64,000 nt of DNA from the human T2T-CHM13v2.0 reference genome, Homo sapiens: assembly GCF_009914755.1 (NCBI RefSeq), contig NC_060944.1; one strand, 5' to 3'. Positions 13,381 through 25,522 of this stretch are shown in pieces (within the stretch, counting starts at the first letter, position 1; each line of letters starts with the position of its first letter). A model generated the notes under the pieces. The model made no database searches. It was not told the DNA's origin and was given only the letters and a program-made list of their open reading frames with translations. The translations under genes were made by a program, and so were the position numbers.

Positions 13381-14029
13381 GGCTGGGGTGCTCAAACCTT
13401 CTCCTTCCTAGAACCCCCAGTGCACAAGACTCGGGAGGTGGGTGGTGCTCCCTGCCTTTTGCCCCCAGGCTGATTTCTCAAGAAGGCTCATTAGAGGGTG
13501 ATTGGGAGGAATACTTGAGCCAGAGCTATTTGGGAGGGGTCCCTGCCCTCTTAGGTGCCCACCTCCCCACCCAGCAGCTCCCATGCCACCCCACCCTCTT
13601 GCCTGGGTCACAGTGACCTTTGTCTGGGGCAGAAATCAAGCCTCCACCCTCCACCACCGGGCAGAGCATCAGGGATGAGTGCCGACCCAGCCAGCCCGGA
13701 TCTCAGCTTTCCGAGGGAAGGGCAGCTCTCAGCAAGGCTTCCTCCACTCCCCTCTCTGCTGCGATGAGTTTTGTTTTACAAAGTGTACAAACAAATAACT
13801 CCGGTATTTGTTTGGTAGACTTAGGTTTTTGTGTTTGTGTTTTGCTTAAAGTGGGACATGTCTATCACTCAGCATACCCAAACCACCTAGTTGTAAGACA
13901 AGATTTACATTTGTTCCTTAAGTAGTCAGCTCCTGTCAGTGGATGCAGCATGAAAACGTGACAAGTCATGGACTTCAACAGTCGGAAACATCTCTAAACG
14001 GTGTGTCCAGACATCACTGTAATATGTGG

Positions 14030-14130
14030 ACTGTCTACATCAGAACCACTGGCTTACTTACTAAAAATGCAAATTCTAGGCTTGCCCATGGACTCAAAAG
14101 GTGTGGAACAGAATCCAAGAATCTCCTTTT
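14030..14130. mobile_element. MER5A-like hAT-Charlie fragment
   Basis: 'catcagaaccactggcttacttactaaaaatgcaaattctaggc...ccaagaatct'. Confidence 0.4.
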
Positions 14131-14210
14131 AGAGTGGCAAGGGACTAGGGGGACAGGGGCTTCTGACCAAGAATGAGAAACCATGACGAAGGCAGTAATG
14201 TTCACAGGAG

Positions 14211-14549
14211 ATGTGTGTGTGTGTGTGTGAGCGTGTGTGTGCGTGTGTGTGCGTGCACGTGTGTGCACGCACGCGTGTGCGTGCGCATGTGTGTGCGTGT
14301 GTGTGCGCGTCTGCGTGTGGGTGTGGGTGTGCGCGTGCGTGCCGTGTGCGCATGTGTCTGCGTGTGTGTGTGTGCGCGCATGTGTGTGTGTGCGTGCATG
14401 TGTGTGCATGTGTTTCCGTGTGTGTGCGTGTGCATGCATGTGCGTGTGCGTGTGTGCGCATGTGTGTGCGTGTGTGTGCATGTGCGTGTGTGTGCGTGTG
14501 TGCGTGTGTGTGCACGTGTGCACACGTGTGCGTGTGTGTTTCTGTGTAT
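14211..14549. repeat. Compound (TG/CG/CA)n alternating purine-pyrimidine microsatellite
   Basis: About 340 bp of almost uninterrupted gtgtgcgtgtgcgcatgt. Confidence 0.97.
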
Positions 14550-15470
14550 GAGACAGAGAGACAGAGACAGAGGTGAGGTGGGTCCCTGAAAATCTGATTT
14601 CAAAGAGGTCAGCGGGTGCTGGTGTTCTGGTGCCACACACTGCACTTTTATCTCTTTGATCCACAACAAGAAAGCAGAAATGAAAACTTCCTTCTCTTCT
14701 TTGTTAAAATAGGCTGTCTTCTCAGCCCAGCAGAAGAGCCCTCAGCCATACCAGGGCTAGCCAGCCTTCCAGAGGAGCCTGTCCCCTGCTCTCCTGGGGA
14801 CCCCAGCACCGGCTGAAGCCTCCAGAGTGACTCATGGCTCTATGTCCATCACTGCAGCTCTGGAGGAGTAACCACGGCACACATACCCTTCTATGGGACA
14901 CCTGCAAATACTTTTCAATAAGCTCGAGTCCATTTCATCATCAACACAAACAGAAAGACCCTCCACTAGGTCTCTCACCCGCTTGACATAAATTTGTTTT
15001 TCATATTCCTCATGGAAAATAGAGCTACGCTTGATCAGGAAGGTGAAAATGGAATGGGTGAGGGTATTTAAATTCTCTCTTCTCTCTCTTCCCTCCTTGC
15101 TATGTGTACTTGGAATAAGTGCACACGCTCAGCTTTAAGAGCTGTTTGGGACTTGGGAACCAGCTTGCCTGGACATCAGAGGCCACAAAGTCCGTCCCTG
15201 TCTCTTTGCAGTCTGTGCAGTTGCCCCGGTTGGTGGAGCCATGGTGGCTGTGCCCTGTGGGTTGTGAATGATTGCAGGGGGGCTGCGGATCAATAAATGC
15301 TGCAAGAATGACCCATAAATCAAAGAGCAATATGCCTCCCACTCATAAATGGGGCCATTTTTCAAAAAGACGTCGATGGTGTGGTGGTCAGTAATGCACA
15401 CTCAGGCTGAAGGGTGGCTGCATCCCTGGGAGCTTCAGGTCTCTGTTTTCCAGAAATTCAAGACACTCAC

Positions 15471-15610
15471 CTTGTGTCTGTGACACTTTCTTAATGTTTA
15501 AAATCAGTCCTCCAGAGGTAACATGATAAGGACCGAGAACAAACCAGGGGTTGCTGGTGAACACCAGGGAAGGACTGACAGCATGAGGCATAGAGTTTAG
15601 ATGTTCAGCC
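15471..15610 (-). other. Candidate spliced exon (140 bp) of an unidentified, probably non-coding transcript
   Basis: Minus-strand acceptor cctctttctccctcccag| and donor caag|gtgagtg; no transcript evidence available. Confidence 0.35.
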
Positions 15611-17789
15611 CTGGGAGGGAGAAAGAGGCATGGGGGAGCTCAAGCCTACGGCCCACCTCCTCCTCTCCTCCTAGTGGAGTCCAGGCTGGCTGCTGAGCAC
15701 CTCACACCCAGGAAGATTATTGCCTCTTTGTGTCCAGATTAACTGTCCCCAAAAGTGACCAGGTTCTCTGATTCACCCCCACCACCTTCACCCTGGCAGA
15801 CAGGAGCCTGGGCCCTTGGCCGTGTGAACTGAGACCAGCCGACACCCTGCTGGACTCCAGCTCCTCGGCCCTGGTTCAGCCCACCCAAGACCCATAGTCC
15901 TGCCTGTCTCTGCCCAGTGACGGTTTAACTCCTACCTAGTCCATACCATGTTCCCAAAACGTTTCTCAGTGAGAAGGATACAAGTAGCCTTCCTTCAGGC
16001 CTCCACGTGCTTCCAGTAGATGCCTTGTGATGCTCTCTCCTGGGCCCTACTCTCCTTCTCCTTCCTCCACTCAGGCAGGTGGTTCTCCTGGTGCCTCCAG
16101 AGGTGAGCACACAGCAGGGCAGAGAGCCAGCGTCACCATGGACACCTCTTGGCTCTTGTTTCCCAAAATCCCAAACCAAGAGAAGAGGGAAGAGGCAGAA
16201 AGTTCAGGCAGGTGCAGAACGTGGGGGCTTCCTGCGGACTAAATAGACCACCCAGTGGGCCTGAAGGAGCTGGGAGGCTGCAGACCTCAAAGCTGAGAGA
16301 CCTCAGGCTCTCCTGGATCGCTTGTCCTGGGAAGTGATTCCATGATATTCTTGGTCTCCCCAAAGCACAGCACGAAGGGACACCAGGTGGCCCAACCCAG
16401 TGGGGACCACCTGTGGCCAGAGGGCTTTTCGGTGCCTCGGCCTTGCCTGAGTCTTTGAAATAACCCTGGTGAGGTGGGGAGGAAGCGGCTGGGAATCAGA
16501 ACTCGCCTTACAAACTGGAAGTGGGATTTTCCACAGAGAGGAGGCCAGGTGTAAAACCGAATGAGGATGATTTATGAAAAGCAAGGAAATGCAAAGTCCC
16601 TGCAGACTGAGGTTCACAGCTTCCCCACGCTCTGCCTGCACCTCCGGCCATCCCTTGGTTCACGCTGACAGCCTCGCCCCCTGAGCCTGCTCAGTGGAGG
16701 CTCCTATGTGAGGGAAGCCTATGTTCGGCCACCAGAGGAACCCGGCAAAGTGGGCGGGCACCTTCCCTTCTCCACCTGCCTCTGTTGTGAGGGTGAATGG
16801 CCCAGACTCCCTGAGAAGGTCTCGTGCTCACCAGACACCTTTCCAGTTTTAAGAACGCCACCTTTCCTCAGCCCTTGAAGTCCCACAGACCCCACAGAGC
16901 CTCTCCTGGCTCTTGTTTTGTATCCTAGGAAGGTCACATGTTCTTTAGGGCAGTCATTACCCACGCTCTCCCCAGGGTGGGAAGTTACCCAGTGCCTCCA
17001 AGGAAAAACAAGTTCCCTCCAACTTAAAGTGGCTAAAAGTGGCTATGATTTCAATGCTTTCGTTCCCTCTGCCCAGGGAGGTGGCTGAGGAGAAATGGAT
17101 TGAGACTGAAGGTCGTCGGAACGTGCGTGGCCCCGTGCTGAGCGCCGTGTGGTCACCAGCCTGTTCCACCCACATGTACGGCCCAGGGACTTGGGAGGGA
17201 CACAGAGACACGGAGCAGCAGGGAGGCCACGTTGCCAGCACCCCAGCCATGCCTCCTGAAAAGCAGGAGCATGGACACGTTACCCCTCCACCCTCGGGCC
17301 TCGTCCCCTCAGTCCCCTCCTCCAGCAGGTGGACGTGACACTGTGGGCAGATGCACGGGCATTGCAAGGGGCCACTGGAGAATCCACAGGAACTGAGCTG
17401 CATCCACGACAGAGGGCTGGAAGTAGAGGCAGAATGTGGGTGGCCTGGAGCTTCTCCTACGGGTGGCCTGAAGTGGGAAAATAATAATGGACATTTGGAC
17501 TCATTCCTCATCACACAAAAAAAGTGCCAAGATGGAGCAGAGCACAGGACGTTGCAAGGACAGTGATCTCAGCCCAGGGCCAGGGCAGGGTCATGTCAGA
17601 CCATCCCTGATAGCCGAGACATGGCAGGTTCCCAATGCCACACTGACCCGGTGGTTTTCAGAGCTTTCCCTTGCATCACCCCCAACTGCCCACGGTGACC
17701 CTGAATTAAAGGAACCTGCCAGCCCTTGGATCTGCGATGCCCCTGCCTGACCCACACCATCCTGCTGTGTGCCCACACATCCTCTGAGT

Positions 17790-18295
17790 CATGCAATGGG
17801 CTCACTGCACATGGAAGCCAATATTATAGCCCTGGCTTTTGAGAAAAGAAAAGGTTTCATTGCAAGGCCAACCAGCAAGGAGACAGGAGGCAGGGCTCAA
17901 ATCCGAATCCCCAGTATTGGGTCAGGTGAGACTTTCATGGGTTGGGGAGGGCAGGTTAGTATGCAGACGCACTGGCGGGGCGGATTTTAATGGGACGGCT
18001 TTGAACGTGGTTATTTATGGTAAGGTGTGGAATGGTGGACTTCAGCACTGGCTCTTCCTGGATAACAGACTGCTTGTTTCTGAAAGGTTCCAGTGTTTGC
18101 GTTCCAGTGATGCCCAGGCTTTTTGGTTCCTCCAGTAAGAAACGTTGGTTCTAAGTGTTACTGAAGGTTATGGTTTCCTCCTCTCCACATGCCCAGGTCA
18201 CATGACTGCAGTTTCACCTCTGCTACTTCTGCAAAATAGCCTGACATCCTGTGATCCACATGATAGGGACAGTTAGGGCTGGTCCTGCAGTGACA
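17790..18295 (-). mobile_element. ERV1-class solo LTR (MER4-group-like, subfamily unresolved)
   Basis: 'gggctcactgc...aagccaatattatagccctggcttttgagaaaagaaaaggtttcattgcaagg...caaggagacaggaggcagggctcaaatc' is typical of a reverse ERV1 U5/R region; ends ...gtgaca. Confidence 0.6.
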
Positions 18296-20109
18296 GTCCT
18301 TCCCAAGTCTCCCGGGTGCTGACAGATAAAACAGTTTTAACCTGACCTAAAGTCTCAAACTAGGCTTGAGGACATTTAATAGAAATGATTGGTAAAGTGA
18401 CGCCATCACAGGCCATAATTAAACACATCCAAACAGCCTAATCTATGCACAGTTACATCTAAATAAAGTCACCCACTCACACCATGCTGGCATCTTTTTT
18501 AGATAAATCATCCAATTTCTTGCCCACATACTCTTCCAAAAGGTTGTGCCGCCCTGAGCAGCCAGGTCTGTGACGGAGGTTTGTACTCCACACTGCTGCT
18601 CACTCTCCTCTCCAGAGCCCAGCACTGGCTTCCGCTGGACCACCCAGAGAACCCCACAGGCGCCCTGCTGGCTCCCCTCAGCCTCTGGCAGCTCCTGAGT
18701 CCCAGCACCCAGGTTGCTCCCCAGGTCCGTTCAGCCCCACCTCTGGGAGGGAGGGCCTGGCCTTGGAATTTCCTGAAGCTCCCAGGTGACTCCAACCAGC
18801 AGCCAAGCCCAAGAGCCCCTAATTCAGGCAATCAGAGTGCGTGCATGGTCATATTTTGTCATGTAAACCCCACATTCTCCAAGTAAAAATTGAGGCCGGC
18901 ACTGGGTACTCAATAAGATCATTAAAAGCCTAATGATCATGACTAATGTTCAACCGCAGAGGGCATGGAGGCACACTGACCACTGACGGCACAGTCAGGG
19001 AGGGCGGGGCCATAGAGACAGAATGACAGGGAACCACATGAACCCACCGGTGACCACCACTCCCTCACCCAGGAGACGGCCAAAAGCTCCCCAAGTGCAG
19101 AGGGGCGAATCTGCTGGCCCTGAGCTGCCTGCTCCCCTGGCTTCTCAAACCCAAGCACCTCCGCACCCCACTGAGTGCTGAGACCTGCGATTTCACACTC
19201 TGAGCATCATTGCACTCAGCTGGGGAGCACACAGTGCCTCCATGCAGTGCAGTGTGCATTGTGCAGAACCTACACCTGCTGTCACCCTGCACCTGGCCCC
19301 TCACTCGCTGTCCCCACCCACGTTCTCACATTGCTGTTCCCCCTTTAAAGGCCCTTGGGTTCAGAGGGTGCCCTGAGCAGTGGGGCTCCTGTGAGCATTT
19401 GAGTGCTTGCCCAGAGCCAGACTCCAAAGTGGACACAAAACAAGAGAGCTAAGAATGACCACACTAAGTGGAGCATGCCATTACCAAAGTAAACATAAAA
19501 TGTTTCTGCTTAAAATAAAATAAATCCAATAATTTCCAGGTCCCGGGAATTTATTCGGAACCCCTATAGACTGCTAGATGGTCGCCCTCAAGTCATGGAG
19601 GCACAGGGGAAAACCAATGAACGTCCAAAGCTGTGCTTTCTCAAAACAGACGATTCCATCCTCTCCCCATTGTGGTCCCAAGAAAATCACACCAGTGGAG
19701 CAGTAAGAATGGGGGCTTGGTGTGGATCATCACAGCCCCGTAACTGAGGGACGGAGGTGGAGACGACCCAGGAATAAACCACAAAGTGAATGGGCTCCAG
19801 GTGGCTCCATCGAGAGCCATGAGTCCCATTGGGGAGAGGTGACATATGCTCTGTGCTTCTTTGTATTTAGAGCCCCTGCCCTCTAGAAAATATTTTTACT
19901 CAAAATTAAGTTGTCATTGAGATATCATTTTATTTTTATTATGAATAGATTTCACCTAAACTCAATAAAGCTGAATGTATGTCTTTGAGATTTTTTAAAT
20001 GTGTGGAAAGGAAGTAAATCCCACCCCGGTACATGACCCTGGTATTCTCAGCACCGTGCTTCTGAAATCTTCCTGAAGTCGATCTTTTTTCCCCTCCCTT
20101 CCTCCTCTC

Positions 20110-20470
20110 CATTCATTTATGACCCAGACCCTGTCGTAGGCACTGAATATACAGCAGGGAAGGAGACAGGCCCAGATCTGGCTCTGGTGGGGCTCACATC
20201 CCACCAGGTCTAATAGAAACAAACAGGGGACGAAACATTTTCATTAGAGCTAGTGCCATGAGCAAAAGGAAACAAGATGAGTGGGGGTCACCACAGCTCC
20301 TAGCGTGGGACAGGCAGAGATGGCTGCTCCGAGAGGGTGAATTTGTGAGACTTACAGAACAGGAGACAGACCCAGCGCAGAATGCCCCAAAGCAGAGGGA
20401 ACGCCGTACTTGCCAAATCCTGCAGGAAATGCCAGGCAGAGATGACCAGGACAGAGCTTCCCTGAAGTAA
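20110..20470 (-). mobile_element. L2 3' region fragment
   Basis: 'attcattt...ccagaccctgtcgtaggcactgaatatacagcagggaaggagacaggcccag...ggggctcacatc'. Confidence 0.6.
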
Positions 20471-20759
20471 CCTGCACGGCAGTCTGGGAAAGAAAAGTCA
20501 AGGTCCTTTATGGAGGACTCGCCTGACACCAGGCTCGGCTGTGAAGTGCTTCCCATAAACATAGGGCAGCAGCCGAGGTTCCTACTGCACACAGCAGTGT
20601 ATTTCAGTCTGCGCCCGAGACCACACTCCTAACCACAACACTCTAGGACAGGTACACAGCAGGCTATAACCAACGGCAAAAACAGTAATGGACCTTGAGG
20701 ACCAGAGAAGGGTCTGGCAGAAAGGAGGTCAGGACCTCGCCAGGTATAGATGATTCAGT

Positions 20760-21077
20760 GTGGCAGAGACTGGGCCAGAAAAGGCGCTGTGAAATCCACC
20801 CTGTTGGCTGGAACCCTTGTGCTGGGAGCCCTGAGTAAGCCCCCATGAAAGGCAGCTCAGGACGCCATGCTGTGAGGAAGCCCAGCCACACAGAGGCCAC
20901 GTGCGCCACAGACATGGGAGTGAGCAAACCTACTACTGACTCAAATCTTCCCAAATGACACACCACACCCTGGGCCCCTTCCAAATTCCTTACCCACAGA
21001 ATCCGTGAGCACAGCAAAACGGTTGTTGTTGTACTAAGTTTGGGGTAGCTTGCTGTGTACCCATAATAACTGACAAC
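20760..21077 (+). mobile_element. MaLR LTR (MLT1F/G/H-like), partial
   Basis: 'gccatgctgtgaggaagcccagccacacagaggccac' and 3' end 'actaagttttggggtagcttgctgtgtacccataataactgaca'. Confidence 0.7.
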
Positions 21078-21773
21078 CAAGGATGTGCAAAATAAAGCAA
21101 GAGTGCTGATGCCTCTGAAGTGCTACAGTGACTTCAACGAGAGGACCCGTGCTCTAGCCCCAGTCCCTGAGTCTGAGAGGTCAAAACGGGAACATTAGAA
21201 ACTTACCTACCCTCATTTGACAGGAAAGGCTCAGGGACGTGGCTGTCTCAAAGGCAGGTGACGAGGGGGTCTGAACTGCAACGTGGACCTCCCCATCCCC
21301 TTCTCACCCTGGGGATGCTTTCTGCCTTGCCACCACCCCCACATAAAAGTCCTATGAACAGGAAGCCAGTGCACTGTAAACACTGATGCCACTTGGAGAA
21401 ATCCTCTCAAAAAGGGGTGCATAGAAGCTAAGAGCTTCCTCATCACTGAGTAATACATTTAACCTGTTTCATTAATATGTTAACAACGGTAAGCAGAAAA
21501 CATTTAATTAGCCAGAGCTTTGCTTGTTTTCTCTGAATTTTAAAGGCTTTCCAGGACATGCACTGGGATACATGCATCTCTAAAATCTTGAGGAAAGTGT
21601 GAGCCAGCACCTTCTTGACCCGAGGTGGATCCCGTTAGCAGCCAGAGGTGCATGGAGCCCAGGCTGCAGGCTGGCCTCTGCGGGGCGATCCCCTCTGCTT
21701 TCCTCTTCCTTCTCCTCCTTTCCAACATCTTCAGAGGGGGCTGAAAGCAAATTAATGAACACACTTATATAGA

Positions 21774-22116
21774 CAGGTTGAGCACTTATAATCTGAAAAT
21801 CTGAAATCTGAAATGCTCTAAAATCCAAAATTTCGTAAACATCAACATGACACTGAAAATTCCACCCCTGACCTCATGTGATAGAGGTCAAAATTTTGTT
21901 TCATGCACAAAATTATTTAAATTATTATATAAAATTACCTTCAGGCTGTGTTTTAAGGTATGTTTGAAACATAAGTGAGTTTTGCGTTTAGACATAAGTG
22001 GGTCTCATCCTCCAAGATAGCTCATTACATGTATGTGCATATTCCAAAATCCAAAAATATTGGAAATCCAAAACACTCCTGGTCCCAAGCACTTCAGATA
22101 AGGGATACTCAATCTG
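21774..22116 (-). mobile_element. Tigger4/MER46-type non-autonomous DNA transposon
   Basis: Imperfect TIRs caggttgagcacttataatctgaa / ttcagataagggatactcaatctg; internal 'atccaaaacactcctggtcccaagca'. Confidence 0.85.
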
Positions 22117-23694
22117 TGTGTACATACACACGCACATATGAATGCATTTGTGTGTGTGCAGGCGTGTGTGTATGTATTTAGAGATAGATTTGCAAAGGTT
22201 ATTTGGTTGCTCCCTGATCACGGCACCATCTTGATTCTAGGATCTCTTGAAGGTCAGTTAAAGGAACCAACAAATGAGCAGGGAAGTGTGTTGATAACTA
22301 AAAGTAACCGTGCATGAGACTCTGCTGGATAAGACAAGCAAAAAAATTGAGGGCAAAGGACTTGAGCTGCTAAAATAAGCAAGAGGGCAAGCCCTATGTC
22401 CACAGGGAAGTGGGGACGCCATCAAAGGATCAGAGACTCTATGCTGCATCTTGAAAAGCTGACAAATTCCATTATATATACATTTTATGCACCTAAACTC
22501 AACAATTTAAAATTCATGTTGGTCAACATTTTAAAGAGAAAGGCCCAGAAAAATAGCCATGTAAAAAGGGCAGCCAGTGGGACCCAAAAACCCACCCAAC
22601 AGGTTCATGTGGCCAGAGAGCTTGAGACACACACTCTGCGGTTCTCTGGGTCGCGCTCAGCAGCCCCGTGCTTTCCATGGTTGTGGAGAGGTTTTGTTGA
22701 GCCGTGTCTCTCGTGTTTGCAGATTGGTAACCCATGGGCCCCACGGTACTGGCATCATGCAGGGCATGGCACAGGGAATAAAGCAGGGAACCCTGAACAG
22801 CAGGCCTTCATGAGTGACTGGGGATGTCTGCATGGGTTTCAGCCTCCACCCTGTAAGCCAACAGGAGATCCCAGCTGTAATCCGGACCAACTCTGCTCTG
22901 CATGAGAGCAATGCATTCCTCAGCATTGTTCACACAGCTCCTTGCTAAGGTTCCACTGCCATACTTGCTGTCTCTTCATAGCCCTGGTTGCCCTTCTCAG
23001 GGAGAGAGCTTGCACTGACCTGGGGGTAGTGGTCGAGAGATGATGTACCCACAGCTTGGGTGGGACAGGGGATCACCATCTTCCTCCAATCCCCACTCTT
23101 CCAGAGATGCAGCTCACAATCACCTCAGCCCTAAACCAATCTTACTGAAAGCACATGCCATCCATGCAAAAGAATAGATGTATACAGCATAATGTGGCAC
23201 AAAGCCGTGATTACTAAAACAGAGCATTCTCAGGAAACGGGCCTGGCATCTTTAATTCCTAAGGCACTAATGGAGTTGATCTCATCCCTCAAATACCTCT
23301 GGTCTCAAAGCTTTGATAAATGTGAGAACAGGGTGGGTCTTCGGGAAATAGAGACAGTAGCAGGAAAATCCAAAAATAGCATCAGAGGATCCTTCGAAAA
23401 ACATAGTAGACAGAGAGAGAGAGAGAGAGAGACGTCACCTGTACATGGAAGGCAGCTCGACCAAGACAAAACTCAGGAAGATTCCAGGCAGTGAAAGGTG
23501 CATATCGCAGTATCATACCCCTTCAAGACACCTTTAAGTAATCCATTTGCAAAAAACACCAGTCTCATCTGAGGAAAACAAATCCCAGGATAGCCAATCA
23601 GTGAATTACAGTCTTAGCAGGCACTTGCCAGAGGAGGCCGTGTCAAGTGAGACCCGAGAATCAGACCACACCAAAATTCTGCAGGGAGTCAAAG

Positions 23695-24195
23695 AAAAAC
23701 GTACAGAAATGCTCACATCAGTGTTAGTCATAATGCCCAGAAAGCAGCCACTGGTGGGCATATGGATGAGCCAAATGTGGTCCATCCATAAGGTAATGTG
23801 GTCCATCCATACGGTGGAACACTGTGGAACCCTGAAAGGGAAGGAAGCTGTGATCCCTCCTGCTGCCACAAAATGGACTTGAAAACACTGTGCTTGGTGA
23901 AAGAAGCCAACACAAAAGACACACACTAGTTGATATAGTTCTATGAAATGCCCAGAATAGGCTAATCTGTAGAGACAGAAAGCAGATTCCTGGTTGTCAG
24001 GTGGCAGGGGAGGCGGGACTGGGATGTCACCGCCAACAGGGCAGGGATTCTTTCCTGGGTGATGTAAACATTCTGAAGTTAGATGGTGATGGTCACACGG
24101 CATTGTGGATGTACTAAAAGCCACTATTTCCTACACTTCAAAATTGTTAAAATAGTGTCACGTTATGTGAATTCTACCTCAATTTTATAAACTCT
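23695..24195 (+). mobile_element. L1MB-type 3' end, with an internal 21-bp tandem duplication at 23774-23815
   Basis: 'aaatgtggtccatccata', 'gaaagaagccaacacaaaagac', 'atgaaatgcccagaataggctaatctgtagagacagaaagcagatt', 'gggtgatgtaaacattctgaagttaga'. Confidence 0.8.
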
Positions 24196-25108
24196 ACTTG
24201 GTTAATCCGTTTTTTAAAATTCTGCAGTGGCAGCATCTGGCCAGGGCTCCTTTGTCAGCATGCCCTGGGTGGGGTGAGGAAAGTGGCCCCACAACCTGCT
24301 TACCAGGGGAGGAAAAATGGCCCACAAGGTGCCAGGAAGCCAGTGGGATCCAGCTAGAATTTACGGATAAACCATAACCTGGTTTTTAAAATATTTCACA
24401 CAAAGGATCTTAAATCCCAAGAAATAGAAACATGCTGCCAGTTCCTTTCACGGATCCCACCAGGAAGGGGGCATGGAGAGGACCTGAGACAGGCGGGGGC
24501 CTCTCTTGCTCTGTTTTCAGTCAACCTCAACCATGGTTGATGAGTCCTGGGGGGCTCCATGCCAGCAAACGGCCTCTCTGATGGCCTTTGTTCTTGAGGC
24601 TCCTGTAGGAGAAAAAAAAAGAAAAAGAAAATCCCGTTCAATCACCATAACCTGTCCCTGCAAGAGCATAAAAATAAGTGATTGCTTATTTGAAACACCT
24701 GAACTATCACTGCTGCAACAACTCAGGAAATCTGATAAGATGATAATGAAAACTGTGTCATGCATGAATATCCATTTTAAAAACACACTTATGTCAGTCT
24801 GTACGTAAAGGTCGAAATTAATGTTATGTTGAAAACATTTTTCAGGGCACAATTATCTTGACTCATGAAGTGAATCGAATTCCTATTAGGTTTACAGTCT
24901 TGGGTTTAAGCCTCACACATTTCACCAGAAGGGCTTCACCAATCAAAGTAAAAGCTGAATTAAAGAGAGATCACAAGGACCTTCTATCCCTGGAGCTGGT
25001 TGTCTTTGTTCAGCCTTCTGGGTCACATCTTGCCCTCCAGGGAGAAGCGGCTGATGAGTCAGAAGGCGCTTGAGAAGACGTCCTTCTCCCAGTGAGTCCC
25101 ATGGACCC

Positions 25109-25425
25109 CCAGATGCTGAGGCATGACTCTTCCCACTGGGTGGTATCTGCGACCTGGAGCTCCTGGCCCAAGAGCCTCCAGTCAGTGCATCACTGGAGCA
25201 GCAAGGGACACCTGCTATGTCCCCTGCCCACAGGCGGGGAGCAGCCACCAACAGGGCTCCAGATGCTCTTTTGCACAGGCATGTCTCTTCCCACTGGGTG
25301 GCATCTGCGACCTGGAGCCCCTGGCCCAAGACCTGCCAGTCACTGCATCACTGGAGCAGCAAGGGACACTCACTGTGTCCCCTCCCCACAGGCGGGAGCA
25401 GCCACCAATAGGCTCCAGAGGCTGA
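25109..25425. repeat. Two-copy tandem duplication, period about 150-158 bp
   Basis: aggcatg at 25119 and 25277 begin near-identical about 140-bp blocks. Confidence 0.95.
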
Positions 25426-25522
25426 TGGGGAGCCACTGTGTGGTGCATCCCCCCTGCCCAGCAGCCGTTTTGGTGTTTTCTTGATGCCCGGAAGGTGGAC
25501 AGTACCATGTGGAAGTGACTCA

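Noticed and set aside
12413-13411. 255-aa and 130-aa repetitive ORFs
   Set aside because: Same artefact from the other 30-bp minisatellite
14035-14669. His-Thr and Cys-Val rich ORFs (similar ones at 27939-28444 and 45446-45925)
   Set aside because: Translations of (CA/TG)n microsatellites
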